Shown: positions 41,516-55,319, counted from the first letter of the stretch. The stretch is 64,000 nucleotides of DNA from Octopus vulgaris (GCA_951406725.2 OX597822.1:75950001-76014000); one strand, 5' to 3'. Notes: generated by a model from the letters alone, not told the origin. Program-made: numbers and translations.

Positions 41516-41904
41516 TCTCTCTATAGATAAAGCTGAAGTTGTCTGTGTATGGCAGGTTTGGTTGCCTTCAACTAACACTATCTCCTCCGAGACCCTGCGG
41601 CGCAAGTTGACCAAAATTGAGAGTATGATAGAAAAATGCTTGCTCTTCCTTAGAAGAAAAAATTCAAATCGGACCATGTTAACACCAAAAATTATTTACA
41701 TCACAAAGGTGATTTTTTTTCTATGAAAATCCATATTTTTTACGATTTTCTGACTGCTGTGTCGCCATTTTTCGGTATATTTCAACCAGAAAAATGTTCA
41801 CTTAAACAGAATAACAAGCTACATAATGCAAAATTTTTACTTTTCAAAAATTCCAATTCTAAAGGGTCGAAACAAACCCGAGCAACGCTGGGCGATACTG
41901 CTAG
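41516..41904 (+). mobile_element. non-autonomous Helitron
   Basis: A/TC 5' end (TCTCTCTATAGATAAAG), subterminal hairpin CCCGAGCAACGCTGGG, 3' CTAG/T, no TSD. Confidence 0.8.
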
Positions 41905-42538
41905 TTAAGTATAAAATACTACGGGGTATACACGAGTAAATAAGGTAGGTAGCTGGTTACCTCCATGAGATAAATTCGAAGTTGCAGCTCCTTTGGGAAG
42001 ATCGCGGTAATGTTCAAGCAAGACTTTGCTATTTACATCGACAAACAATCAAATGCAAGAGAAATTATGGAACGAGACGATAGGAATCAAACCTACTGAC
42101 TTGATGTAATTGTGATCAAGTTGCTAAGGAACACGGCATAAATTAAAACTCACAGCTTTTAGGCATTGAATATCATACAATGCTGTGCTGTAGTTTCTAT
42201 CGGCCATCTGATGGGGGGTAACAGAAATCGATTGATATGAGATCACACACAACCAAAATTGATCCGCTCTCTCTCTCTCTCTCTCAAAAAAAAAAAAATC
42301 AACGTAATCAGGGAAAATATTGGACAACTGGATATCAATATCAGATGCAAAGGGAAAAATCAATATATAGGGGCAATCATGGCTGTGTGGTTATGAAGTT
42401 CGTTTTGCTACCTCACGGTTGCGGTTTCAGTTCCACTGCGTTGCATCTAGGGTGAATATTCTACTATAGGCCTTGCTTAACTAATGCTTTGTGAGTGAAC
42501 TTCATTCAAGGAAACTGTGTGGAAGCCCGTTGCATATA

Positions 42539-43255
42539 CAGTAATCAGTCGACCATCGCGGATATTACGTTCCAAAATCCCCCGTGATAGGTGAAAATTC
42601 GCCAAGTAGAACAGAACTGTATATATTTTTTATTACTTTCATAATTTGTATATATTTATTTTATTATTTGTATATATTCAATCTTTTATAAACTCCCCAC
42701 CACCACACTCTTAGGATTACCCGTGTCTTCTCTGTTTTTCTTGCTGGTGAGGAACATAGTGATGGGTAGTTGCTTGCTCTGCCTTTTCTTCTGTGTAAGG
42801 AGGTTTTTATAAACTTCCATGTCTCCGTCGATTACATTTTTGAACTGCAACGCAGGTCCCGACTGGGGGTCCCAATCTCTCGCCATTCTCTGAAGTTCTT
42901 TTGGCGTCCTACATCCGCATGCCTTCAGCCTTTCTTAAGCATGTCGAGGAGTCTCACCTTTTCTGCTATAGCAAGCACCTTCCTCTGGCGCTTGGGTTCA
43001 CTGCCAAAAGCCTTGGAAGGTCCAGAACGTTTGGGCGACATTGTGGGGCTTGAAATAAATTCACAATTTGAGACACAAATGCAAAACGCCACCACACACA
43101 CGCCTTCTAAGTTTTGTTTTTCAACCATTATGAGATATTCTTTGCATATTCATCAACGGTATACTACATATTTTCTTTTAATATATTTTAATTAATGTGT
43201 CATTTAGTGCAGTACTGTACTGCATGTTTATTTATTAATTTATTAAGTTTTATTT
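42539..43255 (-). mobile_element. Tigger/pogo transposon, internally deleted
   Basis: TA then TIR CAGTAATC..CGACCATCGCGG; N-terminus MSPKRS..KRQRKVLAIAEKVRLLDML joined to C-terminus ..YKNLL.QKKRQSKQLPITMF. Confidence 0.85.
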
Positions 43256-43257
43256 TA

Positions 43258-43328
<71 letters not shown>

Positions 43329-43343
43329 GGGAGAGAGAGAGAG

Positions 43344-43565
43344 AGAGTAGTTGTGTACTGTCAACTTAATATGACAGTCCCATGAAGGGAATAACACTAC
43401 ATCTATTTAGCCCTAGGAAGCAGCAACGCTACCTGTCGGCCTTGACACATTTCCTGTGTCCTTATGTTTACAAGGGGGAGATAAGCACCTCCACCCAGCT
43501 AAGCCTGCATCCAGAGATTCCCTACATGGGACTGTCACATTAAGTTGACTGTATACAACTACTCT
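43344..43565. mobile_element. 222-bp element with ~47-bp terminal inverted repeats; relative of 56063-56361
   Basis: AGAGTAGTTGTGTACTGTCAACTTAATATGACAGTCCCATGAAGGGA ... TCCCTACATGGGACTGTCACATTAAGTTGACTGTATACAACTACTCT. Confidence 0.85.
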
Positions 43566-44237
43566 ATCGTACCACTACTGCTTATATATCTCTCAGATAT
43601 TTAGAAATGTAATATTTTCATTTATATATATATATATATATATAATTATTAATTATATATATATGTATATGTGTATATATGTATATGCATATGTATATGT
43701 TTATATGTGTATTCATATATGTATATGTCACTGAGTTTGTTTTTCCCCAACCCAACCCCATCCATCACCCCAACCGATGTTGGTTTGCTTACGTCCTCGT
43801 AACTTGAGAGTTAGGGAACAGTAAACTATAGAATAAGTACAAAACTAAAAGGAAAAAAATATAAGTACCGGAGTCGATTTGCGCGGCTAAAACCTTCAAG
43901 GCGGTACCCCAGCATGGTCGCAATCCAGTGACTGAAACGAGTAAAAGATAGAATATCAAAGATAACCAGTAGCTGTGACTTTACAATGGACTATCCAAAA
44001 GTATGTATAAAATACCGAAGGGAGACAACTGTAGGTAAACTATAGGCTCTTTATCACAAACTACGATCGTATGATCAACCATACTCGCTAACAACGATGC
44101 TCTTTATCACAAACTACGAGCAGGATGGCGAAAACCAAGACATCGTACTAAATTACAGGAGCGTCCGTGTATCAGTCTTAAGTTTACATTAAGCCCACAG
44201 GCGATATATTGCAGCATTAAAGGTCATTTATCAAGGG

Positions 44238-44955
44238 AACAGTTAATCAGATCGACCCCAGTACGCAACTGGTACTTAATTTATAAACCCCGAAAGGATG
44301 AAAGGCGAAGTCGACCTGGGTGGGATTTGAACTCAGAACGTAAACACAGACGAATTACTTCTAAGCATTTCGCCCGGTGTGCTAACGTTTCTTATTTCTT
44401 TACTGCCCACAAGGGGCTACACACAGAGGGGTCAAACAAGGACAGACAAACGGATTGAGTCAATTATATCGACCACAGTGCTTTACTAGTACTTATTTAA
44501 TCGACCCCGAAGGGATGAAAGGCAAAGTCGACCTCGGCGGAATTTGAACTCAGAACGTAGCGACAGACGAAATACCTATTTCTTTACTACCCACAAGGGG
44601 CTAAACACAGAAGGGACAAACAAGGACAGACAAACGGATTAAGTCGATTATAACGACCCCAGTGCGTAACTGGTACTTAATTTATCGACCCCGAAAGGAT
44701 GACAGGCAAAGTCGACCTCGGCGGAATTTGAACTCAGAACATAAAGACAGACGAAATACCGCTAAGCATTTCGTCCGGCCTGCTAACGTTTCTGCCTGCT
44801 CGCTACCTTTCCGAATGTATATACTCTTTTCTACTCAAAGCACAAGGTCCGAAATGTTTTAGTGGAAGGGCCAAGTCAATCAGGTTGACCTCAGCACGCA
44901 ACTGGTACTTAATTTATCGACTCCGAAAGGATTACTAACAATTCTGACAGCTCAC
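44238..44955 (-). mobile_element. SINE family B head-to-tail trimer plus an adjacent copy
   Basis: CCCCGAAAGGATGA core at ~44288, ~44506 and ~44688. Confidence 0.9.
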
Positions 44956-45824
44956 TGCGTAACATACCAGTGTTATTTTCATTGTTTCTGTCTTGAACAT
45001 GGGGTCATGTTCTTCCAGTTTTCTTAAGTATCTGCTTAATACTTTTCCAATAAACGTAGGTGGTTGGTTTCATTACAATAACCAGGGAGTAGTTAGGAAA
45101 TGATGTATTGCAGTGGCAATCCATCCCCTTCATGTAAAACGATCCAAGGAGTTTTCCTCATCTTGCCAAAATTAATATAATTGCTGAGATGTAATTCAAA
45201 AGCCCACTGGAATTTCGCTTGATTCTTCTACCATCTGTAATATGTTATTGCGGTTTCTCTTCTTGCTATAGGGTATATCGTTACGTGGTTTTAATTCATC
45301 AGTTATTTAACACTTTAATTTCACTGCTTTATTACTGCTACAATCTTCGCTAAAAGAAGCGCTTCTTTTCATTTATCCAAAGATGATAACCAGTGCTTTT
45401 AATAAGATTGTATTAAACAAAAATTTTTAGGAAGTAATTTTCGACACACAAAGGATTGAATAGTGTTCCTAAGCCTCTGTAATGAAATACGATGCCATGC
45501 TTATGCATTGATTACGTACCAATATATATGTACGTGTGTATGTGATTGAATGCACGTATTTGTGTCTGTGTGTGCATATATTTATATACGTGTCTGAGTA
45601 CATTACAAGTTTGTATATGTGTGTAGGTATACTATGGAATGACAGAACACACCTTTGTAATAACAACGTGATGTCCATGTACGGTGCTGTCATATATATA
45701 TGTGTGTGTGTGTGTATAATATCAAGCGTTTGTTGTTATATACGTGTATACATATACATGTATATGTATGTGTGTACATATATACATGTACATACACACA
45801 CACGTATATACATATATTCATATA

Positions 45825-45906
<82 letters not shown>

Positions 45907-46013
45907 TACATACACATATCTACATATGTATACACACACACGCACATATATATATGTATGTATGTATATATACATATATATATATTTATACATACACATA
46001 TCAACATATGTTT

Positions 46014-46052
<39 letters not shown>

Positions 46053-46919
46053 CATATATAAATATATATATACTTACATACATACATATATACATGTACA
46101 TATACACACGTATAATGATATATATATAAATATATATATATATACAATATGTAGATATTTTGTGTGTATATATATGTATGTATGTATGTATGTATATGTA
46201 CACAAAGGTGTGTGTGCATATGAGTTCGCATGCGCACGTATGTGTGTGTCTCCTTATAATATTCATATATGCTGGTTTTCTTGTTTACGCTAATATAATT
46301 TTCCCTTTATGACTGCACAATAAACGGACATGAAAATTAAATTGTGAAAAATTACGAATTGTCTAACAAACTACTTACACTTAAAATATTTGTGAATACT
46401 GCGAATTTCAACTTAAACTGAATCATTTAATTATATTGTTCAAGTTTGTTTACTTCTATTACTATATTAACTCCTTAATTATATCACTTAATTGGGCACG
46501 ATTATTCTGCTGTATATTATAACTACAACGCTGGAAGCGTTATATTTCCTACAAAATAAATTTAGCGCACACTAACGTATTGCATTCATCATACCACTTC
46601 ACCTTGATATAAATATTTAATATAGTATTGTGGTAAGTGTTTCAAATTAATAAACATTCTGTAGTTGTTTGTTTATCGAATATTAGGCGAAGGTATGGCT
46701 GTATGGTTAAGAAACTAAGCATAACAACTACGAGCTCTCGGTTTCAGTCCCACTGTGCAGCACCTTGGAGAAGGGGAAGTATGTGCTTTGAATTTTGTCG
46801 AGGGATACAGCATGGAATGTTGCCGATTCACACATATACACGTTTGCGCGCGCAAACATTTAGGCAGTGATGAAAAGCTCTAGGCTTTAAGGGTGCGGAA
46901 AGCCTGGTTAGGGGCCCAG

Positions 46920-47075
46920 CATTCCAAGTTCTTTGAGAGGTCTTAGAAAGACTAAAGGACCGCTGCAATAAGTGTGTGAATCTGAGAGGGGAATATATTT
47001 AATAAAATCCTTATTAACTGATCCTCTTGTATTTTCGTTTACCTAAAGCCAGGAACTTCTCTGCACGTCTCGTGC
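46920..47075 (+). mobile_element. mariner 3' end relic inside a split SINE A (46690-47530)
   Basis: KDRCNKCVNLRGEYI C-terminal motif, then a TIR-like end. Confidence 0.6.
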
Positions 47076-47712
47076 GCTCGAGATCTGATAATAGAAAAGT
47101 ATCGGTACTGTTGCTATGGTGATGGATCTAAAGGACGCAGGTTGAAGCCGCTTGGTACAAATTGACTTTGAAATCCGAAGCCTTGTGAGTGTTTTTGGTA
47201 GGCGAAAACTGAAAAAGCCCGTCGTATATATATATGTGTGATGTGTATAAGTATGTGTATATCTGTGTTTGTGTGTGAGTGTGTGTGTGTGTGCATCTTT
47301 GTATCAGTGTTTTTCTCCCCATCACCGCTTGACAACCGGTGTTTGTGTGTTTACGTCCCTGTATTTTAGCTGTTCGGCAAAGAGAAAGATAGAATAAGTA
47401 TTAAGCTTTGAAAAAAAGATTTTTTAAAAAATGTCCTGGGGTCAATTTGTTCGACTAATAAAACTTTCAAGGCGGTGGTCCAGCATGGCCGCAGTGAAGT
47501 GACTAAAACAAGTGACTGAATTGAAGAATAAATGAATATACAAGTGTAAATTGTATTACTTTGGACACTTTCTCAGATAGATGTGCATATTCTAATATGT
47601 TGTAGTAATTCGATTACGCATTGCGAGTCCAATACCCCGATGTAGAATTCAGTATACATATGTTTCAGAACGAAGAGTTGGCTGAGTATCGAGCGGTAAT
47701 AAGAAAGAGAGG

Positions 47713-47981
47713 TAACAAAAGAATAGATAATTATCTTTTGAACTTCATACTCTTACCGCTGTTTCTGCTCTAAGATGAGTGCCTGGGTAACATCTTACAG
47801 CTTCATCGGAATATCGAATATGAAGTGAAATTTATTTGGGGAAAAGAATTACATTGTATTTTGCACTTCACATTCGAAGCGTTGATGTTACTCAAGTGCT
47901 CAACTATGAATCCACTGCATGGAGAGAAGAAACAGCAGTAACCTAATGAAGTTCAAAAGATAATCGTTCATTCATTTGTTA
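47713..47981. repeat. imperfect fold-back of two hammerhead-bearing units
   Basis: TAACAAAAGAAT..ATTATCTTTTGAACTTCAT..GCTGTTTCT has its reverse complement at 47925-47981; minus-strand CCGATGA..GAAACAGCGGTA. Confidence 0.7.
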
Positions 47982-48022
47982 TTTGTCATTTGTAATATTT
48001 TGTCATATTGCAAAATAATTTA

Positions 48023-48235
48023 AGGCGGCGTGTTGGCAAAATCATTAGCACGCCGGACAAAATGCTTAGCGGCATTTCGCTTGTCAATAAGTTCTGAGTT
48101 CAAATTCCGCCGAGGTAAACTGCCTGTCACCATTTAATGGTCGATAAAATAGGCACCGTTAAGTATTAGGGTATAAGTATTCGATTTAACCCCACCCTCA
48201 ACATTGCTGGCTTTGTGGCAAAACTTGAAATCAAT
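48023..48235 (+). mobile_element. SINE family B
   Basis: Head and B-box core present. Confidence 0.8.
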
Positions 48236-48635
48236 ATTACAATGTCGTTTATATTAATGTTCGTATCAAGATTTATGGTCTTGGAAATATTTATTCCATA
48301 TAGAGTCGAAACGCTCGTAACTAAAGAATTGAATGTAAGACCATGAATTCCAGTTGTCGATTTGATGCATTATTGTGTGTGTGTGTGTGTGTGTGTAGTC
48401 ACACAGGTATTTATATATATGTATATGTGTATCGAGAGAGAGAGAGGGGGGGGAGAAGGAATGAAGAAGGAAGAGGAAAAGGAATAAATGGATAGACATA
48501 CAGACAGACAGAGAGAGACATACGTGCATGCGTACATAAGATGTACATTACAATTACAATCTCCGAGCGGAACCGTTAAAAAAGAAATGCAAAGAGTTTC
48601 TCAAATTCAAAATGTGACATTTTATAAATTTATAC

Positions 48636-48675
<40 letters not shown>

Positions 48676-48683
48676 GTATAAAT

Positions 48684-48744
<61 letters not shown>

Positions 48745-48850
48745 TTGCTGGTTACATTCCAGTGATGGCGTGTTGAGTCTTTGTTAGAAACCAGCTCCTT
48801 CCTTACAGGAAAACTTCAAATAATTAAAAATAGAAGAGAACAAAAACGTG

Positions 48851-48888
<38 letters not shown>

Positions 48889-48937
48889 CATACACATTGT
48901 AGACAAATATAATACAGAATAATATAACGTTAATTTT

Positions 48938-48983
<46 letters not shown>

Positions 48984-49238
48984 GTGTGTTACACGTAGAG
49001 AAAGTCCTCTTTCTACATCTAACTATATTTATGAGTAAAATACATATCTATTTAATCTATACACAAACAATAAACATTATTTTAATGTTTATTGCATTAC
49101 ATTCATTTATTTTGCAAATATTAACTATTTCGGCATCAGAACACCTACTATCAATATTTACATCCACATTTACATTGGATATCCAGTTACGCATTTAACG
49201 ATGACAAAAGCCTCGCACACATATATATGTATAAATAA

Positions 49239-49345
<107 letters not shown>

Positions 49346-49622
49346 CACCCACACATATATTTATATGTGTGTGTGTGTGTGTGTGTGTATTCGTACGTAT
49401 GTGTATAACGTCAGTTTCATTGCCTTTTTAATTACACAAGTAAAATATGTATTCTAACGTTTTATATGTTCATCAAAAACTTGTCATTATTTGCCAAACT
49501 ACTCTTTCATCAGAACTTTTTCTTGCTGTTGTTTTACACCCAGTATATAGTTATAAACATCTCTTACATGTACATATACTTACATATATAGAGGTACACA
49601 GATACACTCACACAAGCCCCCA

Positions 49623-49700
<78 letters not shown>

Positions 49701-49701
49701 G

Positions 49702-49770
<69 letters not shown>

Positions 49771-49839
49771 CATCACAAGTATATTGATATGCATATATGT
49801 GTGTGTATCTGTCCATGTATATATACGTACATACACACA

Positions 49840-49883
<44 letters not shown>

Positions 49884-49926
49884 TACTTATACGTAGATGT
49901 GTGTGTGTGTTTGTATATATATATAT

Positions 49927-49992
49927 GGCGGTGCTCCAGCATGGTCACAGCTCGTAAGCTGAAACTGGATAAAATTTAAAAAATAAAATAAA
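49927..49992 (+). mobile_element. isolated LINE-type 3' tail
   Basis: GGCGGTGCTCCAGCATGGTCACAGCTCGTAAGCTGAAAC plus A-rich tail. Confidence 0.75.
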
Positions 49993-50871
49993 TAGATATT
50001 TTTATATATGATGAAGAAGAAAAAGAAGTGGAAAATGATGAAGAAGAAGAAGAGGAGGAGGAGAGGGGGAGGAGCAGTAGCTAACGAGCAAGTGGAGGAG
50101 AACGCGGAGGAGTAGGAGGATTAATCTCAGAGTATTGACTGTTTGGTAGAGGCCTAGCACCATTATGGCAGTGGATGAAGTATTTGCAGCCTGGAAGTCG
50201 AATCTCTGGTGGTAGCCGAAGAAATCCTAATATAACAGGCACACGTCATAAAAATATACCTTCAAACCTCTATAAACAGAGGGGGGAGAGGGAGGGAGAG
50301 AGAGATAGAGAGATAGAGAAAGAGAAAGAGATAGAGAGAGAGAGAGAGAAAGAGGTAGAGATAGAGAGAAAGAGATAGAGACGGAGAGAGTGAAAGCGAG
50401 TGAGAGATAAAGAGAGAGACAGAGAGAGACAAAGGTATTAAAGGATTAGAGGATTTATTGGAAACAGGATGAAATGCTCAGGAATTTTGGATTATCTGTC
50501 AGCAAGAGAAAACAAGATATCAGAAAATTATAAGCAGCAGCAGCAAGTGAGGAGACAAACCGTTATATCCGGCTCAAGAGAGAGTGGTAGGTAGATTTGC
50601 AAGAACGACCACTGGGGATGGTAGAAATATCCGGCCCAGAGTCACAAAACTTGAATCAGCAAAGCACTTCTTGCTTTCTGGAAGTTTTGTCGCCTACATT
50701 AGTGGATGGAACCGGGCAGTGCTGGGATGGCAGGAAAAGAAAACTGCAGGTATCAAGAGAGAGAAATTTCATCTATACACGCAGGGCTATGAACAAGCAC
50801 TACCATATGCAATGAGTTCCATCTTATCTTTGTATAAAAAATCCCGAAACTCCTGCATGTATATAAATATA

Positions 50872-50923
<52 letters not shown>

Positions 50924-50970
50924 CATACATACATACATAGATGCATACATACATATAGATATTTATCATC

Positions 50971-51301
50971 GTGGCACTCCGTCGGTTATGACGACGAGAG
51001 TTCCAATTGATCCAATCATTGGAATATCCTGCTCGTGAAATCAACGTGCAAGTGGCTGAGCACTCCACAGGCACGTTTACCCTTGACGTAGTTCTCGGGG
51101 AGATTCTGCGGGATACGGACTGTAACAAGGCTGGCTCTTTGAAGTACAGGTACAACAGAAGCAGGAAGAAAGAGTAAGAGGAAGTTCTAGTGAAAGAGTA
51201 CAGCCGGGTTCCCCACCACCCCCTCAATAAACACTCACAACGTCCGGTCTGGGAATTGAAACCGCGAGTCTGCTGCCCTAACCATTGGGCCATTGTGCCT
51301 C
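50971..51301 (-). mobile_element. SINE family C
   Basis: Head GAGGCACAATGGCCCAATGGTTAGGG; tail ...CGTCGTCATAACCGACGGAGTGCCAC. Confidence 0.88.
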
Positions 51302-51329
51302 AGCATACATACACACACACACACACACA

Positions 51330-51373
<44 letters not shown>

Positions 51374-51389
51374 TAAACATACACACACT

Positions 51390-51453
<64 letters not shown>

Positions 51454-51551
51454 CATGTATATATATAGATATATTTATATATACAAAGATATATATATAT
51501 ATATACACACATAGATATATACATATATATACATATATAGACATATATATT

Positions 51552-51583
<32 letters not shown>

Positions 51584-51709
51584 TATACATAGATATGCAT
51601 ATATATACATACATGCATACATAAGTAAATATAAATATACGTCTATATGTGTGCGCATGTATATAGGTATGTATGTATGCGTGTGATCGTGTGCGCATGT
51701 ACACAGACA

Positions 51710-51756
<47 letters not shown>

Positions 51757-51931
51757 AGGTTCATATTACTAACTCTAATGCATCAAACTTTGTCCATCAA
51801 TGAATATTGACTGCAACAATAAATATTAAGCTCTGTTAGAAGTTTGTGATGGTAAATAACGATAAGTTTTTGATGAGCGGATAAAATATTTGAATTCATG
51901 AATGCTTACATAAGCAAATGAACATATATGC

Positions 51932-52008
<77 letters not shown>

Positions 52009-52009
52009 T

Positions 52010-52080
<71 letters not shown>

Positions 52081-52101
52081 TAAAGAGAGAGAGAGTGTGT
52101 G

Positions 52102-52151
<50 letters not shown>

Positions 52152-52327
52152 AGAGAGAGAGAAAGAGAGAGAAAGAGAGCGGTAAGTATGTCTATATTTA
52201 TGTATGAACGCATGCATTTTCTGTCTTCTTGAAATAACTAATTGGAAATTGAAAGTCTATTAATTGATGAAAATGTGGAAATGTAGATAGTATGCATTCC
52301 TGTACCTACATAAGCAATGATTACACA

Positions 52328-52420
<93 letters not shown>

Positions 52421-52575
52421 TTAGGCGTTTTTATGTGTAGGACTGGTGTATGTATGAAAGAAATGCAATAACATTTAAATAATGAATACTGCTTGTGTGT
52501 AGATGATTTATGGATAAATCCAGTATTTTTTAACATTTTATGTACATTTATAGACGTGGTAGAATGAATGGCATA

Positions 52576-52631
<56 letters not shown>

Positions 52632-52779
52632 GAGAGGGAGAGAGATACATACATACATAAATGAACTGATAGACAGATTCTATATATACAGCATAGCATA
52701 TATATATATATTATGTATAAATATAAAAATATAATTGTAGTATAATATAAGATTTTCTCAAAAATGCTAAGATTAAAAC

Positions 52780-53141
52780 ATGTTTTATATGACACATTCT
52801 ACCAGTGTCGCAAGTTAGAAAGTGTTTAGTTACAAAAAATTAGGGTTAGGGTTGTAACTAAATTAGTTACAAAAAAATAATTTTTTTAAATCTGAAGGTC
52901 AAATGGTAAAGATCCAAGATGTTTTCTATGACACATTCTAGCAGCGCCCGGTTTGAAAGTGTTACAAAAGAGTTGAATCTTTACCTTTTGACCTATAGAT
53001 TATAAAAAAAAAATTTTAACACAAAAAAAAGCAATTTTTTTTTTTTTTTAATCTGTAGGTCAAAAGGCAAAGATCCCATAAATATATCTTGGTATTAAAT
53101 GGTTTTGATTTTCTGTCAGGAGACTTTTGGTCAACCCTGTA
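52780..53141. mobile_element. Tc1/mariner-type MITE remnant with internal direct and inverted repeats
   Basis: Ends ACTTTTGGTCAACCCTG/TA; repeated TGACACATTCTA..GAAAGTGTT and AATCTG.AGGTCAAA.GG.AAAGATCC. Confidence 0.55.
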
Positions 53142-53329
53142 CATTGCAAAACAACACTTTCTTGGTTGTCCAAAAAATTTGCTTCGTGTTGTTATTTTTC
53201 TTTAGCAAAATGCAAAACAAGCATATTTAAAGCATAATGTTCTAATTTATAAAACAATTCGCCATAAATACCGGAGTCGGCGTTTCTTCTTTGAAGTAGC
53301 AACTTTTGACAACATTTTATCTTTAATTA

Positions 53330-53547
53330 TTCACTTTTCTCTATCATTAGACTGCGGCCATGCTAGGGCACCACGTTGAAGAGTTTTAGTGAAACACAGC
53401 GACACTTGTATTCATTTCACTTCTTTAGTTTGGTACTTATTCTACTGTCTCTTTTACAGAACCACCAAGTTGCGGTGACGTAAACAAACATATGCCGGTT
53501 GTCAAGCGGCGGTGTGGAGACAAACTCAGGCATATACACATACATGC

Positions 53548-53629
<82 letters not shown>

Positions 53630-53885
53630 CACACAACTGAGTGAGTGGCCAAACTTTAAGTTGCACGGAACCGAATCAGACTGTTTTAAATAGTAATAAT
53701 AATCATGATAATAATAATAATATGCATGTTTGTATGTATGTACATATGTATATACGATGTACTTCCACAAACTTCCGTCTTTCAAATACACACACAACTC
53801 ATTGGTCGACTCTGCCCAGAGTTATAAAATAAACCCTTATTGAAGGTGACTTGTAATGGGACTGAAGCCGAAACCACATGGAAAA
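53330..53885 (-). mobile_element. degenerate SINE A
   Basis: Tail at 53330-53530; head remnant at 53760-53885. Confidence 0.6.
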
Positions 53886-54519
53886 AATCAGAAGATACAC
53901 TTCCACCATGCTCCCGAATACTATTACAAAAGATCGTGTGGAGTGAGAGGAGAAATCAAATCCCTATGTTTAGAATGAATATGCGCTGTGTATGGAGAAA
54001 TTCAAGATGAAACACCAAGAAAAATTTATATCTGTTCATTTCAGTGCCAGGCAGTTATCAAATATTGATTACAACAATATTATGACAAACATCAATGAGA
54101 AAGTCCTTGCTATACTAATAGGGTCAGAAGTAATTTGGGTTCATAAAAATCTATTGTTCATTAGCTTTTGAAGAAATTGGGGTAAATAAAAGCGGTTACA
54201 ATGCTTGAATTCATTATAATTTGATAAAGATGGACTGAATTGATTGCTTATATATAGGTGACTCACCATGATAGGACTGTGAAATCACATCATTTGTGAG
54301 GTGTCGAAAAATGGAATGTGTCTGGCAGCAGAGTATGACAAAAAGATCACAGAGTAAAAAATACAAAAAAAGAGCAAAGATAAATTAAATGAAGGAAGCG
54401 ACTCTTAATACTGCTGCAGCTGGTCTTGTTCAAACACATGTGCTGCTGTGTGTCTGATAGATTCCGAAATGTGAACTTTATTATGACCTCTTACCACGAC
54501 GTCAAACTAAAAATATGTT

Positions 54520-54726
54520 AGTTTCAAAATTTGCCTCAAAGCCAGCAATTTCTGAGCAGTAGGTAAATCGATTAAATCGACCCCCAGTGATAAACTGGTA
54601 TCTATTTTATCGATCCTGAAAGGATGAAAGGCAAAGTCGACACCGGCAGCATTTGAGCTCAGAACAAAAAGTCGGAAGAAATGTTGCTAAGTATTTTGTG
54701 CGGCGCGGTAACGATTCTGCCAGTTG
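54520..54726 (-). mobile_element. SINE family B
   Basis: GAAAGGATGAAAGGCAAAGTCGAC core. Confidence 0.8.
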
Positions 54727-54957
54727 CCCAACGTATAAGTATATTCTTAGAAGATCTAAAATGACACCTAAATGAACCCTTTGGTGCACCAGCGTGTCAG
54801 GTCAAGCCAAATGTGGACCGCTGCCTTGTGTGTGACCAAATGACTTAATTATTATTATAGGATGTCCTTGCGGGTGTCAAGTTCATATGAACGGTCAGGT
54901 CTCTTATAATAAAGAACTCAGAAGTCTGAGTATTAACACTTTTAATCCGAAACTTGT

Positions 54958-55250
54958 GTAAGTGTGTGGCTTCTTGGTTAAGGTGCTGTAGTCACGATAG
55001 CAAGGTCGTAGTTTTGATTCTCGGACCGGGCGACGCTTTGTGTTCTTGAGAATAAACTTCATTTCACCATTGCTCTGCGAGCGTTTTGATATCTGACATG
55101 TGGCACACTATGCATCCGTGCAGAGAGCATCGGTTTGATAGAGGAAATGAGATTTTGTACACAGCACAAACATTTGATTACTATAAGCATATCGTCTGAG
55201 TAGGTTGTTCAACAAGAAATTGCGATACCATTGTCAGTGTTCTAACAAAG
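54958..55250 (+). mobile_element. degenerate tRNA-derived SINE (D-like head)
   Basis: GTGGCTT..TGGTTAAGGTG..GTTTTGATTCTCGGACCGGG..TGTGTTCTTGAG. Confidence 0.6.
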
Positions 55251-55319
55251 AGTCTCCCACACCTTAAGTCCACCAATCCATAGTTCAATGGAGCTTTGAC
55301 GTATTTCGTTAATCGTGTA

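Larger units (their letters stand above)
42372..43960 (+). mobile_element. degenerate SINE A split by nested insertions
   Basis: 5' half 42372-42535 and 3' half 43730-43960. Confidence 0.65.

Noticed and set aside
44046-44119. 21-bp direct repeat with a 32-bp spacer (CRISPR-like geometry)
   Set aside because: Only two copies, eukaryotic context and no cas genes; a local duplication or TSD is more likely.
52839-52852. TTAGGGTTAGGGTT telomere-like motif
   Set aside because: Two units inside a transposon remnant; too short for a telomeric array.
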